Origin: an uncultured delta proteobacterium
GTDB taxonomy: Bacteria; Myxococcota; Myxococcia; Myxococcales; Myxococcaceae
Reading direction: 5' to 3'
Length of the DNA: 64,000 nucleotides
NCBI GenBank assembly: GCA_963771175.1
Contig: CAVYSY010000030.1
Coordinates: 1 to 64,000 of the forward strand
Each line of letters opens with the position of its first letter. Position 1 is the first letter of the stretch. Under the pieces are notes generated by a model, which saw only the letters and a list, made by a program, of their open reading frames with translations, was not told the origin of the DNA and searched no databases. This document shows, piece by piece, positions 41,230 through 53,116 of the stretch. Made by a program: the position numbers and the translations under genes.

Positions 41230-43328
41230 TGTCTCGAAGGCTTGCACGCCCGTTGTGCCTGGTGCTGTCCCTGTTCCTCGTCCCGCTCTCCGCGCGTGCG
41301 AACACCGCGAGCGAGGAGGAGTGCGCGGAGACCGGACGGCTCGTCATTCCCTCCGTCCCCCTGGAGCAGGACCGCTTCGCGTTGGCGCTGAACAGGTTCT
41401 GCGCGGACCTCCGGACGTCGAGGTTCGAGCCCGGCAACGTGACCGATCTTCCCCCCACGAGCCTCGCCCCGGCGCGAGCCGCCGAGCGGTTCGTGGTGGA
41501 GTCGCTGGTGGCCGCGGTCTCTTCCCTGGGCAATGACAAGGCCAGGGCCGGGGAGGCGGTCGCGTCGCTGAGCGCCCTCAAGAAGACGTGTGAGGCCATC
41601 GCCTTGCGGCGGCTCGAGGGTCAGGACATCCAGAACCTGAGGGCGTTCCACGGCCAGCTCCCCGAAGTGCTCTTCGTCATGGACCAGCTTGCCCTGAACC
41701 AGACGACGCTCCGGGGCCTCTTCACCGGGGTGAGCGGGCTCAAGTCCGGAGCCGAGGAGCTCGCCGCCGGGCCCTGGCAGGCACTGGAGGCGAACCTCGT
41801 CGCGGGAATGACGACGTTCGTGGTGGGACGCGCCAAGGCCGAGTCCATCCTCTACCTGTCTCAGCAGCTCAAGAAGACGCTGTGCGAGGGCAAGGCGCGG
41901 CCGTACTACCGCAACGTGTGCGTGGCCCTGGGCGATCTGGATGTGAAGCTCCAGCTCGCGGCCATGGGCGCCTACATCCAGGCCGCCGCGCAGCGTGACC
42001 TGGAGGATCTGCCCGATGCGCTCCTCGAGCAGACCGCCTGCAAGCCGTCCGCGCGCGTGCCCGAGCTGACCGCGGCCCGCCTGGGCCTGTCGTTCTACCG
42101 GGAGTCGAAGTCGAGCCGGCACCCCCTGGAGCTCTCGCGCAACCTCCAGCATGTGCAGCTCGCCTGTGCCACGGGGCCCTGCTCGGAGTTGATGGAGGTC
42201 ATCAAGGTGGGCTCCCGCCTGATGGAGGCCATCCAGCGGCAGAGTGGCTGGGAGCGACTGCCCCTGGCGGCCCCGGACGACATCAGGTGGCGGCACCATG
42301 CCCTCGGCACGCTGTTGTCGTTCGAGAAGCTCCAGCACATCACTCTCTCGGAGGGGGATTTCGCCACGGGGTTGAACTTCATCGACAGCGCGCTGCACGA
42401 GGTGGTGGACATCTCCTCGGCCATCCAGCAGCTCCGCGATGACCCGAAGGGCTCCAAGGCGTTGGACCTGGGAGTCCAGGTCTCGCGCTCGGTGTCCGTG
42501 TTCATCCAACTGGGAATCGAGGGCGGCCAGCGGTGGGCCGGGCTGAGCGCCACCCAGACGCGGCCGCTCCTGGTGGCGCGGGAGGTGGCGCGATTTGGCG
42601 AGCACGCGATGGATGACCTGCGGCCGGGTCCCCTCGCGCTGGCGCTGAGCGACCTGCTCGTGAGCCTGAGGACACACGTGCCGGAGCTCCAGCTCCCCCC
42701 GGCGGTGGGCCAGGTCATGCCCTTCGTGGTGGAGCTGGCGAACGCGACGACGAGCGATCATGTGGCCAAGGCGCTCGAAACGGCGGCGGCACCGGTGGGG
42801 GGCTACCAGGGCAAGTTCGAGCGCTTCACCGTGTCCCTCAATGCCCTGCTGGGGGTCTCCGGCGGCTTCGAGTGGCTGGATGACGGCACCCAGGTCACCA
42901 ACAGTCCCATCCTCGGCCTCATCGCGCCGGTGGGCGTGCATGCCGCCGGACCGGTGAGCGACAACGTGCACCTGGGCGTGATGGCCTCGGTCCTCGACCT
43001 GGGAAACCTGGCCGCTGTCCGGCTCGACAACGAGACCCAGACGGGGGCGACCCGCACGTCCGTGGAGAACCCGTCCCGGGTGAGCTTCGCGCAGGTGTTC
43101 GGGCCGGGCTTCTACGGGACGCTCGGGCTCGGGCTGGGGACGACACCCCGCTCGCCGTTCCTGATCGGCGCCGGAGTCTCCCTGGTCCCGGGTGGCCGTG
43201 AGGTGACCACCACCACCACGCGCACCACGCCCGAGGGCGGCGTGGAGACCGTGACCAGCACCACCACCGAGACGGCGGTGCGCGCCTCCATCTTCCTGGC
43301 GGTCGACGTCACCCTCCTCCCGTTCTGA
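41229..43328 (+). CDS. Secreted hypothetical protein (helical N-terminal part, beta-rich C-terminal part)
   Basis: TGATG coupling to the subtilase; signal peptide; C-terminal strands ending LLPF. Confidence 0.75.
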   Translation: MSRRLARPLCLVLSLFLVPLSARANTASEEECAETGRLVIPSVPLEQDRFALALNRFCADLRTSRFEPGNVTDLPPTSLAPARAAERFVVESLVAAVSSLGNDKARAGEAVASLSALKKTCEAIALRRLEGQDIQNLRAFHGQLPEVLFVMDQLALNQTTLRGLFTGVSGLKSGAEELAAGPWQALEANLVAGMTTFVVGRAKAESILYLSQQLKKTLCEGKARPYYRNVCVALGDLDVKLQLAAMGAYIQAAAQRDLEDLPDALLEQTACKPSARVPELTAARLGLSFYRESKSSRHPLELSRNLQHVQLACATGPCSELMEVIKVGSRLMEAIQRQSGWERLPLAAPDDIRWRHHALGTLLSFEKLQHITLSEGDFATGLNFIDSALHEVVDISSAIQQLRDDPKGSKALDLGVQVSRSVSVFIQLGIEGGQRWAGLSATQTRPLLVAREVARFGEHAMDDLRPGPLALALSDLLVSLRTHVPELQLPPAVGQVMPFVVELANATTSDHVAKALETAAAPVGGYQGKFERFTVSLNALLGVSGGFEWLDDGTQVTNSPILGLIAPVGVHAAGPVSDNVHLGVMASVLDLGNLAAVRLDNETQTGATRTSVENPSRVSFAQVFGPGFYGTLGLGLGTTPRSPFLIGAGVSLVPGGREVTTTTTRTTPEGGVETVTSTTTETAVRASIFLAVDVTLLPF

Positions 43329-43494
43329 GTCCAGCCACCCTGCCGCTCCAGTCCTATTCCTGACGTCTCCTGGACATTCCTCCTCATGAAGGAATTCCAG
43401 GAAGTCTCCGGGCTGGTGCTAAGACGCGCGTCCTCCCCCTGTCGTGGGGTCGGGCTCCCCCCGCCCGGCTCCTTGGCCCCAACCGAGGCACGCG

Positions 43495-44544
43495 ATGAAT
43501 CTCCGATACACGTTGTTCTTGATGCCGGCGCTGTACCTGGCGGGCTGTGGCCCCTCCCAGGACGAGGTCGTGGTGGATGAGCTCACGGGCCAGGTGCTCG
43601 AGGAGGCCACGACCGAGTACGACATGCATCGGCTGCTCGAGGACTCGGACATCACCGGCGGGCAGTGGATTACCACCGCGCAGGTGCAGGCGTTCCTGCA
43701 GCAGAAGGGCTCGTACCTGGCCACCTACAAGGACCCTGCCTGGAGCAACAAGACGGCGGCGGCGCTCATCGTGGAGCGCTCCAAGGCGTACACCATCAGC
43801 CCGCTCTACATGCTGGCGCGCATCCAGACGGAGTCGAGCCTCATCACCAGCGGCACCTCCACCAATCTGGCCAAGGCCACCGGCTGTGGCTGCCCGGACA
43901 GCGGTGGGTGCACCGTGTCCTACGCGGGCTTTGGCAACCAGATTGAGTGCTCGGCCAAGAAGATGCGCGGCTACCTCACGGACCTGGAGGCGGGCCGGGC
44001 CACCATCTCCGGGTGGAAGCCGGGCGTGACGAAGAGCACCTCGGATCCGTGCTCGGTGACGCCGGTCAACAAGGCCACCGCGGCGCTCTACACGTACACC
44101 CCGTGGGTGGGCGCGTACGCCATCCAGTGCGGCCGCACCGACATCGGCGGCTCGTCGCTGGTGGCGGTGAAGTACAACCAGTTCAAGGGCGAGTACGCCT
44201 GGGGCACCGGCACCACCGTCACGTGCTACTCGGGCACGGTGGACGCCAACGTGGCCGTGGGCGTGTGCGTGCAGAGCTCCTCGGATGCCATCTGGCGGCA
44301 GTGCCAGGCCGACGGCACCTTCACCGCGGGCACCACCACCAAGCCCACCAACTGCACGGCCTCGTGGCCGTGGTGCAGCTCGGCCACGCTGGGCAGGTAC
44401 GTGCCGGCGCGCACGTGCGTGCAGTCCAGCGGCGACCTGCAGTGGCACCAGTGCGGCTCCGAGGGGGCGTGGCTGTCCGCGCCGAACGCGTCGACCACCG
44501 GCAGCGGCCCGGTGGGCACCTGCTACGCCTCCTACGCGCTCTGA
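43495..44544 (+). CDS. Lipoprotein with a putative lysozyme-like domain and two Cys-rich C-terminal repeats
   Basis: Lipobox LAGC; LARIQTESSL, ATGCGCPD, ATAALYTYTP; repeats CVQSS.D..W.QC. Confidence 0.7.
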   Translation: MNLRYTLFLMPALYLAGCGPSQDEVVVDELTGQVLEEATTEYDMHRLLEDSDITGGQWITTAQVQAFLQQKGSYLATYKDPAWSNKTAAALIVERSKAYTISPLYMLARIQTESSLITSGTSTNLAKATGCGCPDSGGCTVSYAGFGNQIECSAKKMRGYLTDLEAGRATISGWKPGVTKSTSDPCSVTPVNKATAALYTYTPWVGAYAIQCGRTDIGGSSLVAVKYNQFKGEYAWGTGTTVTCYSGTVDANVAVGVCVQSSSDAIWRQCQADGTFTAGTTTKPTNCTASWPWCSSATLGRYVPARTCVQSSGDLQWHQCGSEGAWLSAPNASTTGSGPVGTCYASYAL

Positions 44545-44586
44545 GGCCCCGTGCCTCCCATGGCCCGGGGCCCCGAGGGCTCCGGG

Positions 44587-45798
44587 CTAGAAGGCCACGG
44601 GCAGGCGCTGCAGGCCATTCACGAGGATGCCGTCGCGCCAGCGCAGCTCGGCCGGGTCCACGGCGAAGCGCAGGCGCGGCAGGCGCTCCAGCATCAGATT
44701 GATGGCGATGGTGGCCTCGAGCCGGGCCAGCGGCGCGCCCAGGCAGAAGTGGATGCCGAAGCCGAAGGCGATGTGCCGGTTGGGCTCGCGGGTGATGTCG
44801 AACCGCTCCGGCTCGGAGAACTGCTCGGGGTCGTGGTCGGCCGCCATCAGCGAGGCCACCACGCCCTCTCCCTCGGGAATCACCTGGCCGCGGAACTCGA
44901 TGTCCTTCGGAGCGAAGCGGAAGGTGGAGGTCTCCACCGGGCCCCGGTAGCGCAGCATCTCCTCCACCGCCGAGTCGATGAGGGCCGGGTTGGCGCGCAG
45001 CCGCTCCAGTTGCTCCGGGTGCGTGAGCAGCGCCCAGGTGCCGTTGCCAATGAGGTTCACCGTCGTCTCGTGGCCCGCCACCAGCAGCAGGAAGAGCATG
45101 CTCATCAGCTCCATCGGCGAGAGCCTGTCTCCCTGCTCCTCGGCGGCCATCATCGCGGTGAGCAGGTCGTCGCGCGGGTCGGCCCGGCGGCGCGCCAGGA
45201 GGCCCTGGAAGTACTGGACGAACTGCATGCCGGCCCGCTGGATGGGCTCGAAGTTCCCCCCGACGGGTGGGGTGAAGATGGTGGTCGTCCAATCGCGGAA
45301 CTGGTCCCGGTCCTCTACCGGCACCCCGAGCAGCTCGGCGATGACGGTGATGGGCAGGGGGAAGGCGAAGGCGTCCAGCAGGTCCATGGAGCCATTCGCC
45401 TGGACCGAGTCCAGGAGCTGGGTGGCGATGGCGGTGATGCGCGGGCGCAGGTCCTCCACGCGGCGCGGGTTGAAGGCCTTGGACACCAGCGTGCGCAGGC
45501 GCGTGTGGTCCGGCGGATCCGCCATGAGCATGTGCTGGTTGAGCGCCTGCATCGTGTCGGTCCGGATCTGCCGGGCGCGCGACGCCTCGGGGAGCTTGCG
45601 CATGTCCTTGGTGAAGCGCGGGTCTCTCAGCAGCTCCACCGCGTCCTTGTAGCGGGTCGCCACCCACACCGGCAGCTGCTGGTGGGGGTCGAACAGCCGC
45701 ACCAGGGGCGCCTCCTCCCGCATGCGCGCGTAGAGGGGCAGGGGATTGGCGCGCGTCTCCGGCGCCCACAGGTCGTAGCGATTGGGGTTCGTGCTCAA
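44587..45798 (-). CDS. Cytochrome P450
   Basis: DPPDHTRLR, AGHETT, EEMLR, FGFGIHFCLG; TTG start after GGAGG. Confidence 0.95.
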   Translation of the reverse strand: MSTNPNRYDLWAPETRANPLPLYARMREEAPLVRLFDPHQQLPVWVATRYKDAVELLRDPRFTKDMRKLPEASRARQIRTDTMQALNQHMLMADPPDHTRLRTLVSKAFNPRRVEDLRPRITAIATQLLDSVQANGSMDLLDAFAFPLPITVIAELLGVPVEDRDQFRDWTTTIFTPPVGGNFEPIQRAGMQFVQYFQGLLARRRADPRDDLLTAMMAAEEQGDRLSPMELMSMLFLLLVAGHETTVNLIGNGTWALLTHPEQLERLRANPALIDSAVEEMLRYRGPVETSTFRFAPKDIEFRGQVIPEGEGVVASLMAADHDPEQFSEPERFDITREPNRHIAFGFGIHFCLGAPLARLEATIAINLMLERLPRLRFAVDPAELRWRDGILVNGLQRLPVAF

Positions 45799-45860
45799 GG
45801 TGTGCCTCCAGGGGGTGAAGCGAGGGGCCCGGCCCGTCCTCGCGCGACTCCCTGGATAGC

Positions 45861-47183
45861 CTAGAGCAGCGTCCCGCGCAGGATGAGGCTGGCGACGGTG
45901 AAATAGATGACGAGACCGGATACATCCACCAGCGTGGCCACGAAGGGCGCGGAGGCGCTCGCGGGGTCGAAGCCCAGCCGGCGGAGCAGGAAGGGCAGCA
46001 TGGAGCCGGAGACGGTGCCCCACATCACCACGCCCACCAGGGACAGGCCCACCGTCAGCGCCACCAGCAGGGCGTGCTCGCCGTAGCTGTGGAAGAGGGA
46101 CTGCCAGAGGAGGATGCGCGCGATGCCCACCGAGCCCAGGACGGCGCCCAGGGCCAGCCCCGCGCCCACTTCGCGCCGCATCACGCGCCACCAGTCGCGC
46201 AACCGCACCTCGGAGAGCGCCAGCGAGCGGATGATGAGCGTGGTGGCCTGGCTGCCCGAGTTGCCCCCGGAGCTGATGATGAGCGGGATGAAGAGGCTGA
46301 GCACCACCGCCCGGGCAATCTCCTCCTCGAAGTGGCCCATGGCCGTGGCCGTGAGCATCTCGCCCAGGAAGAGCACGAGCAGCCAGCCCGCCCGCTTCTT
46401 CAACATGGCGAGGAAGCCCACCTCGAAGTAGGGCGCGTCGAGGGCCTCCATGCCGCCCACCTTCTGGATGTCCTCGGTGGCCTCCTCCTGCACCACCTGG
46501 ACGATGTCGTCCACGGTGACGATGCCCTTCATCCGCTGCTCGGCGTCCACCACCGGAATCGCCATCAGCCCGTGCTCGGCGAAGAGCCGGCTGACCGCCT
46601 CCTGGTCGGTGTCCTCGGAGACGGTGATGAGGTCGCGGCTCATCACGTCCACCACGCGCTTGTCCGGGGCCGCCTGGAAGAGCTGGCGCAGTGACACCAC
46701 GCCCCGCAGGTGCTGCTGCCCGTCCAGCACGTAGGCGTAGTAGACCGTCTCCACCTTCTCGCGTGTCTGCTTGCGCAGGTAGCTGATGGCCTCGTCGATG
46801 GTCATCTCCGGCCGCACGCGCGCGAAGCGGGGATTCATCAACCCACCCGCGTCGTCCTCGGCGTAGGCCAGCAGGGCGTGCACCTCGCGGCGGGTGGTCT
46901 CGTCCAGCTCCCTCAGCAGCGGCTCCCGCGCCTCCCCGGGGGCGGACTGGATGACGTCCACCGCGTCGTCCGGGGCGAGCAGCCGCAGCCACGTGCGCCG
47001 CTCGCCCGGGGCCATGGCGAGGATGAGCTCCGCCTGCTCCTGCGAGGACAGCGAGAGGAAGAAGTCGTCCGCCGTGCCGTGCGGCACCAGCTTGAAGCTC
47101 TCCACGCGCTCTTCGCGCGAGAGCGCGGGCCAGGCATCACGCAATTCGTGCGGGAAGATGGGCTCGGGGTCCAGCGTCGCCAT
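45861..47183 (-). CDS. mgtE: Magnesium transporter MgtE
   Basis: CBS pair, GIVTVDD, GGNSGSQ, DPASASAPFVATLVD. Confidence 0.95.
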   Translation of the reverse strand: MATLDPEPIFPHELRDAWPALSREERVESFKLVPHGTADDFFLSLSSQEQAELILAMAPGERRTWLRLLAPDDAVDVIQSAPGEAREPLLRELDETTRREVHALLAYAEDDAGGLMNPRFARVRPEMTIDEAISYLRKQTREKVETVYYAYVLDGQQHLRGVVSLRQLFQAAPDKRVVDVMSRDLITVSEDTDQEAVSRLFAEHGLMAIPVVDAEQRMKGIVTVDDIVQVVQEEATEDIQKVGGMEALDAPYFEVGFLAMLKKRAGWLLVLFLGEMLTATAMGHFEEEIARAVVLSLFIPLIISSGGNSGSQATTLIIRSLALSEVRLRDWWRVMRREVGAGLALGAVLGSVGIARILLWQSLFHSYGEHALLVALTVGLSLVGVVMWGTVSGSMLPFLLRRLGFDPASASAPFVATLVDVSGLVIYFTVASLILRGTLL

Positions 47184-47246
47184 GGCGGCTGCTCCTCTGC
47201 GCGGCGGGGCACCCTTCATCCAACTCCCGAGGATTGTCCAGCCCGT

Positions 47247-48643
<1,397 letters not shown>

Positions 48644-48647
<4 letters not shown>

Positions 48648-50107
48648 GCCTCAGCCCCCTGTGACTCCTGGGTCTCCTTTGGAAGGAAGATGGAGAAGCA
48701 ACTGCCCCGCCCGTGCTCACTGCTCACGGAGATCCACCCCCCGTGGTCCCGGATGAGCCCATAGGAGACGGACAGGCCCAGTCCCGTGCCCTCTCCCACG
48801 TCCTTGGTGGTGAAGAAGGGCTCGAAGATGTGGGGGAGCGTCTCCGGGGGGATGCCCTCGCCCTCATCCATCACGTCCAGCCGCACCCAATCGGCCTCCG
48901 GGCCACCCGGGTCCGATGGCGGCAGGGCACGCGCGGAGCCCAGGCTCACCCGCAGCGTGCCCGGGCGCTTCATCGCCTGGAGGCCGTTGACCACCAGGTT
49001 GGTGAGCGCCTGTTGAATCTGCCCGGCATCCACGTGCAGGTTCACCGGGCCCGAGGCCTCGAAGGCGAGGATGATGTTGCGTCGCGCGGCCAGGGGCCGC
49101 AGCAGCTTCAAGCTCCGTTCCACCAGCTCGGCCAGGTCCTCCGGGCTCCGCTGGGGCGTCCGCCGCCGGGCGAAGTCCAGGAGCTGGCGGATGATGCCCG
49201 ACATGTGCTGCACCTGCTGGGAGATGATGCGGGCGCACTCCTGTATCTCGTCTCCCGCGGCGTCTCCGGAGGCAATCATCTTCGCCCGGCCGAGCACCAC
49301 GTTGAGCGGGGTGCCCAGCTCGTGGGCCATGCCGGAGGCGAGCTTGCCCACCGTGCCCAGCCGATCCGCGTGCCGCAGGTGCTCGAGCGTGGCCAGGCGC
49401 GCCGCTGTCTCCGCCGCCACCTGCGCGCGCGCGGTCGCCAGCCCCGCCGCCATCTGGTTCATCGCGTCGGCCAGGGTGGCCAGCTCGTCCTTCTGCTTCA
49501 GGTTCACCCGCGCCTCCAGGTCTCCCTGGCCAATGCGGTGTGCCAGCCCCACGAGTTGCTCCACCGGGCGGCCCACCAGCCGGCGGCCCATGGCCATGGC
49601 CACCAGCAGGAAGGCCAGGGTGATGGCGCAAGTGGCCAGTGCCGTGCCCACCACTGTCTGGCGCACGTGCAGTCGCTGCTCCGTGAGGGGCTCGATGATC
49701 TCAATGGCGCCTCTCCTCGGACCGATGACCACCGGGGTGTAGGAGCGCAACAGGCCCGGTCCGATGTCGTCGTCCACCAGGGAGGTGTCCCGACCGGCGA
49801 GCAGCTCCTCCTGCTGGGCTCGCGGCAGCTCCCTCGCCTCCGGCGAGTCCAACCACAGCCAGCTCAGTTGCACCTGCTCCTGGAAGCGGTTGGCCTCCGC
49901 CAGCAGCGTGAGGGCCTGCTCCTCGCCCTCCGTCTCCCAGGCTCGGACGAAGGAGCCGCCCAGCGAGTGGCCGAGCAGGCGATGATCATGCTGCATGTCC
50001 AGCGCCGAGCGGGCCAGCTCTCGTTGGACCTCGACGGTCTCGAGCCCCGCGATGACGGCGAAGGCGAGCAGCACGAGGGCGAGGGTAATCTTCCGAGCGA
50101 GATTCAT
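48644..50107 (-). CDS. HAMP sensor histidine kinase
   Basis: Two TM helices, AHELGTPL H-box, N/G1/F/G2 boxes. Confidence 0.95.
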
Positions 50108-50330
50108 TCGGCCTGGGTATCCGGGAGCGACCGTGGGCCCCAGAACAGCTCCTGCTCCACCAACAACTCGCACACCTGCCCTGGTCCACGGTCAGTGGGG
50201 GAGGGAAGAGGGCATGGGCCAGGATGGGGGTGCAAGCAGGAAAGGGGTCGCCTCCTGAGCATGGCCCGTGCCACCAGGGCTTCTCCTCGGGCCCCCGGGA
50301 GGTGGTGGGGAAAACGGGCTCCGAGGCCTG

Positions 50331-50361
50331 GGGCACAATGCCCCGTGGGGCAGGATGCCCC
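50331..50361. promoter_or_regulatory. Tandem palindromic sites; candidate enhancer for the sigma54 activator
   Basis: GGGCACAATGCCCC and GGGGCAGGATGCCCC, about 45-75 bp upstream of the -24 box. Confidence 0.5.
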
Positions 50362-50405
50362 GTGCGTCCCACGGGGTGAGCCCCTCCGGGTCGGGTTGTT
50401 CACAC

Positions 50406-50421
50406 TGGCATGCGCCATGCT
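50406..50421 (+). promoter_or_regulatory. Sigma54 (-24/-12) promoter
   Basis: TGGCATGCGCCATGCT with correct GG-N10-GC spacing, upstream of 50459. Confidence 0.6.
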
Positions 50422-50458
50422 GTGCAGGGGCTGACCCCTCCCGCTCTGGTCGTGCGCC

Positions 50459-50887
50459 ATGATGCCACCCCTGCCGTCCGAACCCCGCCCCCTGCGCATC
50501 CTCCTGGCAGAGGATGATGACGAGATGCGCGCGCTCCTCACGCTGGCGCTGGCGCGGGCGGGCTACGCGGTGGTGGCGCTGGAGGACGGCTTCGAGCTGG
50601 CCGACTACGTGGCGCTGACGCAGGTGTGTGGCGGTCCGTTGCTGCCGCCGGACGTCATCCTCTCGGATGTGCGGATGCCGGGGCGCACCGGGCTGGAGGT
50701 GCTCGCCCAGGCTCATGCGGCCGGGCTCTCCTGCCCGGTGATCATCCTCTCGGCCTTCGCGGACGACGAGACGCGGACGGAGGCGCGGCGACTCGGTGTG
50801 TGCGCCGTGCTGGACAAGCCGGTGGACCTGGAGGTGCTGAGGGATACCGTGGTAGAGGTGGCCCGCTCCGGGAGCAGGCCCCGCTGA
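50459..50887 (+). CDS. Single-domain response regulator
   Basis: LLAEDD, ILSDVRMPG, ILSAF, KP. Confidence 0.9.
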   Translation: MMPPLPSEPRPLRILLAEDDDEMRALLTLALARAGYAVVALEDGFELADYVALTQVCGGPLLPPDVILSDVRMPGRTGLEVLAQAHAAGLSCPVIILSAFADDETRTEARRLGVCAVLDKPVDLEVLRDTVVEVARSGSRPR

Positions 50888-50964
50888 TCCTCCGCTGGCC
50901 CACCGTGTGCAGTGGGTGGCTGATCCCACGAGGACCTTCCCGCTCCACCTCGCGCGCCCCCCGC

Positions 50965-53013
50965 ATGCCTCGCTCCCGTACGCTCGTCCTCGCGATCTCC
51001 GTTCTCCTCCTCCTGGCCGCCGGGGCCGCGGTCTGGCGTCCCGCCGCGGCCAAGACTCCGCCCGTCGCGCCCCCCCAGGCGCCAGTGGCCCAGGCGCCAG
51101 TGGCCTCGTCGCCCGCGCCAAAGGAGGAGCTCCTCTCTTCCGCCGCTGGCTACGTGGGCTCGGAGAAGTGCTCCGAGTGCCATGACGAGGAGCACGCCGC
51201 GTGGAGCAAGGACTGGCATGCCCGCGCGCTCTCGCCGGCCACTCCGCGCTTCGTGGTGGGCGACTTCGCCAACGCCCATTACAAGGGCGACTCCAGCGAG
51301 GCGTGGATGACCCGGCGGGACGAGCGCTCCTTCATGCGCACCCAGGGGCCCACCGGCGCCGTCTCCGAGTACCCGGTGGACTGGGTGGTGGGCGGCAAGC
51401 GGATGCAGGACCCCATCACCCGGATGCCGGACGGCCGCTGGCAGGTGCTGCCCATCTACTTCCACGTCACCGGCAAGGGCGAGTGGGTGGACTACTCCGA
51501 GTCCAAGCAGGGCGCGCTGTCGACGGACCACCCCTTCTTCTGGTCCAACTGGCAGCGCAACTCCCAGCACTCGTGCCTGGACTGCCACGTCACCGGCCTC
51601 AACACGCGCTACGACCGGCGGAGCCACCGCTGGAGCACCGGCTTCGCGGACGCGGGCGTGGCCTGCGAGAGCTGCCATGGCCCCGGCGCGCGCCATGTGG
51701 AGACGCAGCTCGAGAAGGACATCGTCCAGCCCTCGAAGCTCCCGCCGCAGAAGGGGATGGCCGTGTGCGCGCAGTGCCACGGGCCGCACCGCACGCTCTT
51801 CCCCCTGCTGGACGCGCAGCACCACTTCCAGCCCGGGGAGCGCTACGAGGACCACTACCAGCCCATGGTGGTGCTGATCAGCGGCAGCGATCGCTCCGGG
51901 GACTTCTTCGAGGACGGGCGCCCTAAAACCTCCAGCTTCGAGTACCAGGCCCTCTCCCAGTCGCGCTGCGCCATGCAGGGCGGCGCCACCTGCCTCACCT
52001 GCCACACCGCGCCCCACGTCCCGCACGCGGCCAATGAGGTGAAGCAGCCGAAGCACCCCACGCCGGGGGTGACGGTGGGCTCGGCGAGCTGCCAGGGGTG
52101 CCACGCGAAGGTGTTCGCCGAGGGGCAGAAGCACACGCACCATGCCTCGGCCGAGGCGCAGGACTGCGTGGCCTGCCACATGCCGCCGACCGTCTCGGGC
52201 GTGCTGGACCACCTGGCGGACCACGCCATCGACGTGCCGGTGCCGCGCAACACGGTGAAGCACGGCATCCCCAACGCGTGCAACGCGTGCCACACGCACG
52301 AGAAGGCCACGCCCGAGTCGATGGTGGAGGCCCTGGAGAAGTGGTGGCCCAAGGCGGGGCAGCGGCAGGCGCGGCGGCTGCGGCTGGCGGACGCCATCGA
52401 CGTGAAGACCGCGGAGGACAGCCGTCAGCCCCTGGAGCAGGTGCTGGCGGACAAGAAGGAGGCGCCGACCCTGCGTGGCGTGGCGGCCCGGTTGCTGGCC
52501 CAGCGCTTCCGCAAGGACGCCGTGCCCGCGCTCAAGGCGGCCCTGCCCACGGCCACGGACCCGGTGCTGCGCTCCGATCTCGTCGAGGCGCTGGCCGCGA
52601 CGGGCACGCGCGAAGTGGCGGACGTGCTCGCCCCGTTGCTGCAGGACAAGTCGCTCTGGGTCCGCCAGGCCGCGACCCTCCCGCTCGCCAGCGTGGGGGA
52701 CCCGCGCGGGCTCGCCGCCCTGGAGGCGCTGGCGCGCCAGCCGGAGTCGGAGGGGCTGCCGATGCCGCACGTGGTGCTCGGGCAGTTGGCCTTCCGACGG
52801 GGCGACCTGGCCACGGGGACCCGGGAGCTGGAGCGGTCCCTGGAACTGCAGCCGTACAATGTCGAGGTGCTGGTGCTGCTGGCGGACGCCTATGCCCGCC
52901 AGGGCGACATGCCGCGGGCGAAGGACCGGCTGGAGGAGGCGCTGCGATTCGACCCGCGGCACCGCGGCGCGAAGCAGCGGATGGGCCTCATGCAGCGCGG
53001 CCCGGGGCGCTGA
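50965..53013 (+). CDS. Multiheme (8 CxxCH) cytochrome c with HEAT and TPR repeats
   Basis: CSECH, CLDCH, CESCH, CAQCH, CLTCH, CQGCH, CVACH, CNACH; C-terminal HEAT/TPR repeats. Confidence 0.9.
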   Translation: MPRSRTLVLAISVLLLLAAGAAVWRPAAAKTPPVAPPQAPVAQAPVASSPAPKEELLSSAAGYVGSEKCSECHDEEHAAWSKDWHARALSPATPRFVVGDFANAHYKGDSSEAWMTRRDERSFMRTQGPTGAVSEYPVDWVVGGKRMQDPITRMPDGRWQVLPIYFHVTGKGEWVDYSESKQGALSTDHPFFWSNWQRNSQHSCLDCHVTGLNTRYDRRSHRWSTGFADAGVACESCHGPGARHVETQLEKDIVQPSKLPPQKGMAVCAQCHGPHRTLFPLLDAQHHFQPGERYEDHYQPMVVLISGSDRSGDFFEDGRPKTSSFEYQALSQSRCAMQGGATCLTCHTAPHVPHAANEVKQPKHPTPGVTVGSASCQGCHAKVFAEGQKHTHHASAEAQDCVACHMPPTVSGVLDHLADHAIDVPVPRNTVKHGIPNACNACHTHEKATPESMVEALEKWWPKAGQRQARRLRLADAIDVKTAEDSRQPLEQVLADKKEAPTLRGVAARLLAQRFRKDAVPALKAALPTATDPVLRSDLVEALAATGTREVADVLAPLLQDKSLWVRQAATLPLASVGDPRGLAALEALARQPESEGLPMPHVVLGQLAFRRGDLATGTRELERSLELQPYNVEVLVLLADAYARQGDMPRAKDRLEEALRFDPRHRGAKQRMGLMQRGPGR

Positions 53014-53116
53014 GCGGCCCAGCCTGGGGCCTCCATTTCAAGCAGGCAGCCGGGCGGGAGCTGGCGCGAGCGCATTGCGCATTCCGGGGAGATGGCGGAA
53101 GGATGCGGCCACTTCT

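Noticed and set aside
44587..45798. P450 as part of the NRPS-NadR cluster
   Set aside because: It lies 7 kb away beyond unrelated genes; nothing in the sequence links them.
45799..46992. N-terminal extension making an 801-aa P450
   Set aside because: It overlaps mgtE in another frame; the P450 has its own RBS and TTG start at 45798.
53061..53080. Second sigma54 promoter upstream of the TSUP gene (TGGCGCGAGCGCATTGC)
   Set aside because: GG-to-GC spacing is 12 rather than 10.
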